Assembly (NCBI GenBank): GCA_964291235.2
Contig: OZ219815.1
Span: forward strand, 608,001-672,000
Reading direction: 5' to 3'
DNA from: Vicinamibacteria bacterium
GTDB lineage: Bacteria > Acidobacteriota > Vicinamibacteria > Marinacidobacterales > Marinacidobacteraceae
Length of the DNA: 64,000 nt
Shown here: in pieces, positions 56,133-64,000 of the stretch
How positions within the stretch are numbered: the stretch's first letter is position 1
How the letters are laid out: the number at the start of each line of letters is the position of its first letter
The notes under the pieces: model-generated
Database searches by the model: none
What the model saw: only the letters and a program-made list of their open reading frames with translations
Told to the model about the DNA's origin: nothing
Made by a program: the position numbers and the translations under genes

Positions 56133-57890
56133 ATGAGTAGACGAATCGCACGGATCGTGGTTCCGGTCGCCCTGGCGGCGACCCTCGCCGTGGGAGTTCT
56201 CGCGCTTCCCCCGCGAGCCCTCGCCCAGGCCGCCCCGGCCCAGGCCCCGATCAACACTTACAACGCCATCCACCACCCGGTCGTGGGGCGGAACGGGATG
56301 GTGGCCAGCCAGAACTTTCTGGCCACCCGGATCGGCGTGGACATCCTGCGCCAGGGTGGCAACGCCATCGACGCGGGGGTGGCCGTGGGGCTGGCGCTCG
56401 CGGTGACCCTGCCGCGCGCGGGCAACGTGGGGGGCGGCGGCTTCATCCTGGTGCACCTGGCCGAGGAGAACCGCACGGTCGCGGTGGACTTCCGCGAGAC
56501 CGCTCCCGCGGCCGCGCATTCCGACATGTTTTTCGGGGAGGACGGCGAGGTCGACGACGACGAGTACCGCTTCAGCCACAAGTCGTCGGCGATTCCGGCG
56601 TCGGTGGCCGGCTTCGATCACCTGCTGCGCAACTACGGCACGATGAGCTGGCGGGAAGTGGCCGAGCCGGCCATCGAGATGGCGCGCGACGGCGTGGTGG
56701 TGTGGGAGGACCTGGCCGTGAACCTCGCCCGCAGCAAGACGCGGCTCAGCGCCAACCCCGCCTCGCGGGCCAAGTTCTACAAGCCCGACGGCTCGAACTA
56801 CGAGGTAGGCGACATCTACCGGCAGCCGGATCTCGCCTGGACGTTGGAGCAAATCGCGGAGGGGGGCGCTGAAGCGTTCTACGGGGGCGAGATCGCACGC
56901 CGCATCGCCAACGACATGGCGAAACACAACGGCCTGATCACGATGGAAGACCTGGCCAGCTACCGCGTCGTCGAGCGCGAGCCGGTGCGCGGTACCTTCC
57001 GGGGCTACGACATCGCGGCCATGTCGGCGCCCAGTTCGGGCGGGATGCACATCGTCCAGATGCTGAACATCTTCGAGAACTTCCCGTTGAAAGAGATGGG
57101 CTACGGCAGCGCGGACGCCATGCACGTCATGGCCGAGTCGATGAGGCTCGCGTACGCCGACCGCAGCAAGTACCTGGGCGACCCGGATCACCTCGATCTC
57201 CCGGTCGCCGCGCTCACGAGCAAGGACTACGCGGCGGAACTCGCGAAAGGCATCTCCCTCAGTCGCGCCCGGCCGTCAGCGGAGGTCGGTCCCGGCAACC
57301 TGGCGCCCTACGAGAGCCCGGAGACCACCCACTATTCGGTCCTCGACAGCGAGGGCAACGCGCTGGTCAACACCTACACGCTGATGTTCTCCTACGGCTC
57401 GGGGGTCGTGATCGACGGCACCGGCATCCTCATGAACAACAACCTCGGCAACTTCACATTGAGGCCCGACATCCCCGACGCATTCGGGCTGATGGGAAGC
57501 GCGGATAACCAGATCGCGGCGGGCCGCCGCCCGGTCAGTTCGATGACGCCCATCATCGTGCTGCGCGAAGGCCGGCCGTTCCTGCTCACCGGAACCCCGG
57601 GCGGCAGCCGCATCATCACCACCAACCTGCAATTGCTGGTGAACGTGCTCGAACACGGCATGAACATCGCCGACGCCACCGCGCGACCCCGGATGCACCA
57701 CCAGTGGTACCCGGACCGGCTGGAGCTGGAGAGCGGCTTCAGCCCCGACGTGATCCGCGCGCTGCGGGCCCGCGGCCACGACGTGCAGTTCAGCGCCGGC
57801 ATGGGGAGCCTGCAGACGGTGATGTTCGCCGACGGGCTGTTCTACGGCTACGGCGACCCGCGTCGGCCGGGGGCGATGGCGCTCGGGTGA
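56133..57890 (+). CDS. ggt: Gamma-glutamyltransferase
   Basis: Signal peptide; GGNAIDA, GGGGF, DFRETAP, catalytic ETTHYS, PVSSMTP, PGGSRII. Confidence 0.95.
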   Translation: MSRRIARIVVPVALAATLAVGVLALPPRALAQAAPAQAPINTYNAIHHPVVGRNGMVASQNFLATRIGVDILRQGGNAIDAGVAVGLALAVTLPRAGNVGGGGFILVHLAEENRTVAVDFRETAPAAAHSDMFFGEDGEVDDDEYRFSHKSSAIPASVAGFDHLLRNYGTMSWREVAEPAIEMARDGVVVWEDLAVNLARSKTRLSANPASRAKFYKPDGSNYEVGDIYRQPDLAWTLEQIAEGGAEAFYGGEIARRIANDMAKHNGLITMEDLASYRVVEREPVRGTFRGYDIAAMSAPSSGGMHIVQMLNIFENFPLKEMGYGSADAMHVMAESMRLAYADRSKYLGDPDHLDLPVAALTSKDYAAELAKGISLSRARPSAEVGPGNLAPYESPETTHYSVLDSEGNALVNTYTLMFSYGSGVVIDGTGILMNNNLGNFTLRPDIPDAFGLMGSADNQIAAGRRPVSSMTPIIVLREGRPFLLTGTPGGSRIITTNLQLLVNVLEHGMNIADATARPRMHHQWYPDRLELESGFSPDVIRALRARGHDVQFSAGMGSLQTVMFADGLFYGYGDPRRPGAMALG

Positions 57891-57950
57891 GGACCGGACG
57901 GCAGCCACATCGTCCTCCTGGAATCGATGGCCCCGGCGATAGCTTGGCCG

Positions 57951-58300
57951 GGAACAGGTTGGAGAGTTTCGCCTCGCTTTGCTCGGCGATGCCAGCCGGA
58001 GACTGGCGCTCCTACCCCTGGTGACGGCGCCCCAGGCCCAAACGGGGACGGCGTAACGCCCCTGTGCCCTCCTCCCTGCAGCACCGCCGCCCTCCACCCC
58101 CACGGCGCGCGACAGCGGAGCGCCGGCCTCCGGCCGGCATCGCGGCCAAAGGCCGCGAAACTCACCCACCTCGTCCGCCGCACCGCACCCATCCAAACGG
58201 GGACGGCGCATCGTCACACTCCACAAATGCGGAGCGGAACAGGTTGGAGAGTTTCGCCTCGCTTTGCTCGGCGATGCCAGCCAGAGGCTGGCGCTCCTAC
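57951..58300. repeat. BIME/REPIN-like cluster of three REPs in alternating orientation
   Basis: Direct repeats 57951-58013 and 58236-58298 begin GTAGGAGCGCCAG on the minus strand; opposite-orientation copy at 58117-58163; repeated linker CCAAACGGGGACGGCG. Confidence 0.85.
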
Positions 58301-58313
58301 TCCCAGCGGGTCG

Positions 58314-61127
58314 TCAGACCCCCTCTTCCGATGAAGCGTCCAGCGGCGCGCCCTCGGCGTCCACGCGGCGAACCGGACCGAGGCCCTCAAGCGCCGGCCC
58401 CAGGCGCCCCTCGTCACCGACCGCCACCAGCGCACTCCCTTCGCTTCCGAGATAACGGGCGGCGGCTTCCGCAACCTGCTCGCGGGTCACCGCTTCGATC
58501 CGCGCCGGATAGTTCCGGATTTCCGAGAGCGGCTCGCCCCGCTGGAGAACCCCGGCGATGATCCCGGACACTCCCCCGAGAGTTTCGAAGCGCTGCGCAT
58601 GAGTACGGGTGATGGCGAGCTTCGCTTCGGTCAGTTCCCGCATCCGAATCGGACGCTTTCCGGACGCGAGACCGTCCACCTCGGACAACATCTCTCGGAT
58701 TGCCGGCGCGGCCTGCTCGATGTTGAGCGACGCAGAGGCCGTGAGGATGGAGCGACGGGGAAGTTGCCTCGCCCCCGAGAACGCTCCGTAGGTGGCGCCC
58801 ATCCGCTCGCGGAGGTTCTGGTTCAGCCGGCTGGAGAATCCGCCCCCGAGGATGTGCAGCGCGAGACGTAGCGCATCGCGGTCCGCGGAGTCCCGCGGCG
58901 GCCCCTGCTTGCGCCAGGCCACCACCGCCTGCGGCCCTTCCTTGCCGGTCGGATGAAGCAGCACACCGGTTGCCGCGGCGGGAGGATCGCCCGGGGTTTC
59001 GTCGCTGGAGTCCCCGGTCGGTTCCCAGTCGCCGAAAAACTCCTCGAAGCGAGCCGCCGCCAGGTCGGGGTCCAGGTCCCCGCACAAGACGATCCTGGCC
59101 CCCTCGGGGGTGAAATGCGATCCATGGAAGGCGGCAAGATCGGCGGTGGTAACGGCCGGTAAGGTGGCTTCGTCCCCGCGCCAACCGTAGGGATGCCCGT
59201 CGGAGAACGCCGTGCGGCGCACGATGCGCCGGAGCACCGCAGTCGGTTCGGCCCGAGCCTCCTCAAGCTCATCGAGCCGGATCGGGACGATCCGCCCGAG
59301 TTCCGCCTCGGGAAATGCTGGATTCAGGAGCAGATCAGCGGTGAGTTCAAGGGTCGCAACCAGGTGCTCGGACAGACAGGAAAAGCTGATGGATGACTGC
59401 TCCGTTCCGGACCGGGCGCCGATGTCGGCTCCGATCCGGTCGGCCTCCGCCTCGAACTGACTGGCCGTGCGGTTCTTCGTCCCCCGGCTCAGCATTTCCG
59501 CGGTGAGGCTCGCCAGTCCCGCCAGCTTCCGGGGTTCGTTCTGTCTGCCGCCGGAAACCATGATGGTGCCGACGATCTTGGGAAGGTCGTGGCGGGGCAA
59601 TACGTAGAGGCCGACCCCGTTCCCGAGTTCCCGAAATTCCGGGAGCGGAGGCTCGAAATGGCCCCTCCGGCCGCGCCGGGGAAGACGCGAACGATCCGGC
59701 TCGGGCGGGGGTTTCGCGTCATTCGGCGCCGGCGCCGCTGCGGGCGACCGCCACTCCCCCGGCCCGATGGCCACCGGAACCACCGGCGGCTCGCCTTCGG
59801 TTTCCGGTTCGCCGTAGAGCAACTCGACGCGGGGCGCGAGCAGGTATTTGCGGGCCGCTCGCCGCAGGTCTTCGCGGGTCACTTCCCGGTACCGCACCCA
59901 GTGCTCTGACAGCTTCGTCGGGTCTCCGCTGAACGTCGCGTAGCGGGCGAGCAGGTCCGCCTTGGTTCCCAGCCGTTCGAGGGCGCCCACGAAGGCGACC
60001 TGGGTCGCCGCCTTCACCCGCTGCAGCTCCTCCTCGGTTGGTCCATCGTCAGCCATCCGGACCAGTTCCTCGTCCATCTGCTCGCGCAGGCGGGCGAGGG
60101 AGACCTTCGGGCGCGCAGTGGCAACGACCCCCGTCAGGCCGCCCGATTCCAGCGAATAGTGGAAGGCGCTGACCTCGGAAGCGGTGCGGTCCTCATAGAC
60201 CATCCGGCGGTAGAGCCGCGAGTTCAGGCCGTCCGACAGGACTTCCGACAGCATGTCGAGCGCCGGTTCGTCTTCGTGAAAGAACGGGACCGTGGACCAG
60301 CCACAGTAGATCCGCGCGTGGGGCACCGCCTCCGGGACCACGATGCGGCGGTGCGCGGTCCGGTTCGCGGCGGGGAACGACGGACGGCCGGGAACCTTCC
60401 CGGGCGGGATCGGTCCGAAGTAGCGCCGCACGAGTTCCATCGCCCGGCGCTCGTCGTAGTCGCCGGCAACCACCAGCACCGCATTGTTCGGGGCGTACCA
60501 GGTACGGAAGAAGTCGTGGACCTCGCCCAGGTCGGCGGCGGCCAGGTGGGCCATGTCGCCGATCACGTCCCACGAATACGGATGTCCGGGAGGAAACAGC
60601 GCGTGGAACATCTTTTCCCATGCCGTCCCGTAGGGCACGTTGTCCATGCGCTGGAAACGCTCGTTGCGGACTACTTCACGTTGCGTGTCCAGTTTGGTCT
60701 GGTCGAGGACATCGAGGAGATACGCCATCCGGTCCGATTCGGCCCACAGCGCGAGTCCGAGCGCCTCCCGCGGCACCGTCTCGTAGTAGTTCGTCCGGTC
60801 GTGACTCGTGGTGCCGTTCACCCCACCTGCCGACAGGCTGGCGCCAGCCCGCTCCATGAGCCGGATGAAGTGGCTGTTGTTGTGGCGCGAGCCTTCAAAC
60901 ATCAGGTGTTCGAAGAGGTGGGCGAATCCGGTGCGCCAGGGCTGCTCGTTCTTGGATCCGACGTGGTACCAGAGCGCCACGTGCACGACCGGGAGACGGC
61001 GGTCCTCGTGGAGCAGCACCCGGAGTCCGTTCCCGAGGGTCCGAGCCTTGACCGGGACCGAGATGTCGGGGGCCATTTCGGCGGCAGCCCGCCCCCTGGA
61101 AGCTGCGATTGGAGTCGATTCAGGCAC
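58314..61127 (-). CDS. M16-family zinc peptidase (pitrilysin/insulinase-like, two-module)
   Basis: GFAHLFEHLMF (HxxEH), NGTTSHDRTNY, YAPNNA, SRLNQNLRE; alternative start at 61076. Confidence 0.93.
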   Translation of the reverse strand: MPESTPIAASRGRAAAEMAPDISVPVKARTLGNGLRVLLHEDRRLPVVHVALWYHVGSKNEQPWRTGFAHLFEHLMFEGSRHNNSHFIRLMERAGASLSAGGVNGTTSHDRTNYYETVPREALGLALWAESDRMAYLLDVLDQTKLDTQREVVRNERFQRMDNVPYGTAWEKMFHALFPPGHPYSWDVIGDMAHLAAADLGEVHDFFRTWYAPNNAVLVVAGDYDERRAMELVRRYFGPIPPGKVPGRPSFPAANRTAHRRIVVPEAVPHARIYCGWSTVPFFHEDEPALDMLSEVLSDGLNSRLYRRMVYEDRTASEVSAFHYSLESGGLTGVVATARPKVSLARLREQMDEELVRMADDGPTEEELQRVKAATQVAFVGALERLGTKADLLARYATFSGDPTKLSEHWVRYREVTREDLRRAARKYLLAPRVELLYGEPETEGEPPVVPVAIGPGEWRSPAAAPAPNDAKPPPEPDRSRLPRRGRRGHFEPPLPEFRELGNGVGLYVLPRHDLPKIVGTIMVSGGRQNEPRKLAGLASLTAEMLSRGTKNRTASQFEAEADRIGADIGARSGTEQSSISFSCLSEHLVATLELTADLLLNPAFPEAELGRIVPIRLDELEEARAEPTAVLRRIVRRTAFSDGHPYGWRGDEATLPAVTTADLAAFHGSHFTPEGARIVLCGDLDPDLAAARFEEFFGDWEPTGDSSDETPGDPPAAATGVLLHPTGKEGPQAVVAWRKQGPPRDSADRDALRLALHILGGGFSSRLNQNLRERMGATYGAFSGARQLPRRSILTASASLNIEQAAPAIREMLSEVDGLASGKRPIRMRELTEAKLAITRTHAQRFETLGGVSGIIAGVLQRGEPLSEIRNYPARIEAVTREQVAEAAARYLGSEGSALVAVGDEGRLGPALEGLGPVRRVDAEGAPLDASSEEGV

Positions 61128-61192
61128 GAAGGGCCGGGAATATACTGCCCTCCCTCCAGACGTTCTCTCATTTCTTGCGGATAGCCGGTCGC

Positions 61193-62338
61193 GTGTTTCT
61201 CCGAGTCCCCCGAACCCTGGGGGCGGCGAGCCTGCTGATTCCGGGCCTGCTGCTGCCGAACGCGGCGTCCGCCCAGGCCGAAGATCTCTTCACCGCGGAT
61301 CGTCTGGTCGAGGAAATGACCGCCAAGCAGGTGGTCTTCGAGACCACCCACGGGGCCTTCATCATCGAGGTCCTTCCCGAGAAGGCTCCCAACCACTCCG
61401 CCTTCTTCCTGCAGCAGGCGGAGGCGGGCAACTACGACGGGACCGCGTTCCACCGGGTCATTGCCCGCGGCATCGTGCAGGGCGGCGATCCCCTGTCGGA
61501 GGATCCGGAAGCCACCGACGTGTACGGGACTGGAGGTTTGCTGCGGCTCGCCCGCGAACCGAACGACGAACTCCACGTCCGGGGCGCGGTCTCGGCGGTG
61601 CAGGTGCCCGGCCAGCCCGACAGCGCCGGCTCCCAGTTCTTCATCGTGATCACCGACCAGCCGTCGCTCGACGGGGCATACACCGTGTTCGCCCGGGTCG
61701 TCGAGGGAATCCACGAAGTCACCCTGATCTCGGAGCTTCCCGCCGACGAGAAAGGGATGCCGGTCGAGAGGGTGGAAGTGCTCCGCGCCACCGTCCGCGA
61801 CCGCCCTCCGGAGCTTCCCGCACCGTTTTCGGAGGAGAGCGACGCGGAACTCGCGAACTTCCGGGTGGTGCTGGAAACCCCACACGGGGAGATCGGGATT
61901 GAATTCCTTCCGGAGACCGCTCCCAACCACATCAGGAACTTCCTGCGCCTGGCGGCGCTCGGGGCCTACGACGGGACGGCGTTTCATCGGGTCGTCCCCG
62001 GATTCGTGGTTCAGACCGGCTGGATGGATACGCGCGACGCACCGGTCCCGGAGAGCATAGAAAAACACATCACGAACCTCGCCCCGGAGTTCAGCGACAT
62101 CCCGCACGAGCCCGGGGTCGTCTCGATGGCCCGGCTGGAAGCGCTCGACAGCGCCATGACTTCCTTCTTCATCGTGACCGGGCGAGCCTCCGCCCTGGAC
62201 GGCCAGTACTCGGTGTTCGGCCGGGTGATCTCGGGATACGACGTCGTGGAGACGATCGAGGCGCTCCCGGCCGGTGAGGACGAGGCGCCCTTCGAGCGGG
62301 TGGAGATCGTCCGGGCTCGCGTGGAGACGGTTGAATGA
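61193..62338 (+). CDS. Secreted tandem two-domain cyclophilin peptidyl-prolyl isomerase
   Basis: Two YDGTAFHRV...Q motifs, SAGSQFFI and SAMTSFFI, LDG.Y.VF; signal-like N-terminus. Confidence 0.9.
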   Translation: MFLRVPRTLGAASLLIPGLLLPNAASAQAEDLFTADRLVEEMTAKQVVFETTHGAFIIEVLPEKAPNHSAFFLQQAEAGNYDGTAFHRVIARGIVQGGDPLSEDPEATDVYGTGGLLRLAREPNDELHVRGAVSAVQVPGQPDSAGSQFFIVITDQPSLDGAYTVFARVVEGIHEVTLISELPADEKGMPVERVEVLRATVRDRPPELPAPFSEESDAELANFRVVLETPHGEIGIEFLPETAPNHIRNFLRLAALGAYDGTAFHRVVPGFVVQTGWMDTRDAPVPESIEKHITNLAPEFSDIPHEPGVVSMARLEALDSAMTSFFIVTGRASALDGQYSVFGRVISGYDVVETIEALPAGEDEAPFERVEIVRARVETVE

Positions 62339-63345
62339 AGCGCAGCGACATCCTCGACGTGGCGATCGTGGGGGGCGGTCCCTCCGGACTCGCCACCGCG
62401 ATCGAGTGCCAGCGCGCGGGACTCTCCTACGAGATCATCGAAAAGGGCGGCCTCGTGGACGCCATCCGCCGCTTTCCGATCAACATGGTTTTCTTCACGA
62501 CGCCGGAGTTGCTCGAAATCGGCGGCCTTCCGCTCGTCTGTCACCGCGAAAAGCCCTCGCGCTACGAAGCTCTCGTGTACTACCGGAAGGTCGCCCAGCA
62601 CTACGACCTGCACCCACGACTCTTCACGCGGGTCCTCCGCGTTGAGCGCGACGGCCAGACGGACGGGACCCTGTTCACGCTCCACTTGAAGAGCGAACGG
62701 CCGGGAATCCCGGATCCGGGACCGGTGCGAGCCCGCAACGTGGTGATGGCCATCGGCTACTACGACACCCCGAACCGGCTCGACGTGCCGGGGGCGGACC
62801 TCGACAAGGTTTCCTGCCGATACGTCGAGACCCATCCCTATTTCGGATCGCGGGTCGCGGTGATCGGCGGCGGCAACTCGGCGGCCGAGGCCGCTCTCGA
62901 GCTCTTCCGGGCTGGCGTGGACGTCACGCTGATCCATCGCGGCGAGACCCTTTCCTCCCATCTCAAGTACTGGGTAAAGCCGGACATCGAAAACCGTCTG
63001 GCGCGGCGGGAGATCACGGGGTGGCTGGGTTCGGTGGTCGAGGAGATCCGGATGGACTCCCTGACCCTGCGGGACCGCGACGGGGAGACGCACGAAATCC
63101 CGAACGACTTCGTCCTCGCGCTCCTCGGTTACCGGCCGAACTATTCCTTCCTGGAATCGCTCGGCGTGCGGAGTGAGGGCGAGGACGGGAGACCGGTCAC
63201 CGACCCCGAGAGTTTCGCGACGGAGGTGCCGGGGCTCTACCTCGCCGGCGGGGTGGTGGCCGGGCGCCGGACGAACATGGTCTTCATCGAGAACGGCCGG
63301 TTCCACGGCGAGGCCATCATCCGCCACATCTGCGCGACGCGCTGA
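62335..63345 (+). CDS. YpdA-family FAD-dependent disulfide reductase (putative bacillithiol disulfide reductase)
   Basis: [50 protein letters not shown]. Confidence 0.88.
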   Translation: MKRSDILDVAIVGGGPSGLATAIECQRAGLSYEIIEKGGLVDAIRRFPINMVFFTTPELLEIGGLPLVCHREKPSRYEALVYYRKVAQHYDLHPRLFTRVLRVERDGQTDGTLFTLHLKSERPGIPDPGPVRARNVVMAIGYYDTPNRLDVPGADLDKVSCRYVETHPYFGSRVAVIGGGNSAAEAALELFRAGVDVTLIHRGETLSSHLKYWVKPDIENRLARREITGWLGSVVEEIRMDSLTLRDRDGETHEIPNDFVLALLGYRPNYSFLESLGVRSEGEDGRPVTDPESFATEVPGLYLAGGVVAGRRTNMVFIENGRFHGEAIIRHICATR

Positions 63346-63373
63346 GGCGGCAGAGCGTCGGCGAAGGGGAAAC

Positions 63374-64000
63374 GTGCCGGAAGACCCGTGGGCCGCGGTG
63401 GAACTGGACTTCCGCGGGTTTCCTCCGGAGGAGATGGTCGAGCGGGCCCGGCAGTTCGCCGAACACATGGTCCAGCGCCGCACGGTCCGGGAATTCGACT
63501 CCCGCCCGGTGCCCCGGGGGGTGATCGAGGCGGCGCTCCGCACCGCGGCCTCGGCTCCCAGCGGGGCCAACCTGCAGCCCTGGCGATTTGTGGTGATCGA
63601 GGACGCCGCGATCAAGGCGAGAGTCCGGGAGGGGGCGGAGGCCGAGGAGCGGGCGTTTTACGCCGGCCGGGCGCCGCCGGAGTGGCTCGCAGCTCTCGAA
63701 CCCCTGGGCACCGATGCCAACAAGCCGTTCCTCACCGAGGCTCCACTGCTCATCGTCGTCTTCATGCAGCGCTACACCGTCGGCGCGGACGGGAGCCGGG
63801 TCCGGAACTACTACCACTCCGAGTCGGTCGGCATCGCGACCGGGTTCCTGATCGCGGCGCTCCACCACGCCGGACTCGCCACCCTCACCCACACTCCCAG
63901 CCCGATGAAATTCCTGAACGAATTGCTCGACCGCCCCGCGAACGAAGTCCCGTTCCTCCTCCTGGTGGTCGGCTATCCGAAACCCGGGGCGCGGGTGCCG
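63374..64000 (+). CDS. Nitroreductase-family protein, iodotyrosine deiodinase-like (runs off the window)
   Basis: My translation, not in the ORF track: [59 protein letters not shown]. Confidence 0.85.
   Translation, partial: MPEDPWAAVELDFRGFPPEEMVERARQFAEHMVQRRTVREFDSRPVPRGVIEAALRTAASAPSGANLQPWRFVVIEDAAIKARVREGAEAEERAFYAGRAPPEWLAALEPLGTDANKPFLTEAPLLIVVFMQRYTVGADGSRVRNYYHSESVGIATGFLIAALHHAGLATLTHTPSPMKFLNELLDRPANEVPFLLLVVGYPKPGARVP

Noticed and set aside
57951-58300. CRISPR array
   Set aside because: Only two long direct repeats 285 bp apart with an inverted copy between them; no regular spacers and no cas genes.

Overview
GC-rich bacterial chromosomal window. The gene content (GWxTD, TPR and CRTAC1 proteins, Oar-type TonB receptors, YpdA) suggests Acidobacteriota, possibly a marine or sponge-associated lineage; this is inference. 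Housekeeping genes include polA, rpiA, pta, rpsU, purD, purE, rlmN, purB, purS, purQ, purL, purF, ggt and ogt. Accessory envelope and catabolic genes are interspersed. No rRNA, tRNA, CRISPR array or transposase was seen. Main observations: (1) a 187-bp dispersed element (3 full copies, 2 derivatives) with IS-like ends, YTAR flanks, compensatory base changes along its whole length and a conserved GCG-N-AGC mini-hairpin; (2) three paralogous lipoprotein M20 hydrolases with a rewritten metal site (His to Met, Asp to Asn); (3) an atypical two-permease MacB-type ABC system next to a Met/His-rich lipoprotein; (4) tandem NrdR-like boxes in front of an MBL-hydrolase/pur operon; (5) a REP/BIME family; (6) matching G4-for-G5 frameshifts in polA and rlmN, probably sequencing errors; (7) an iodotyrosine-deiodinase-like gene at the right edge.
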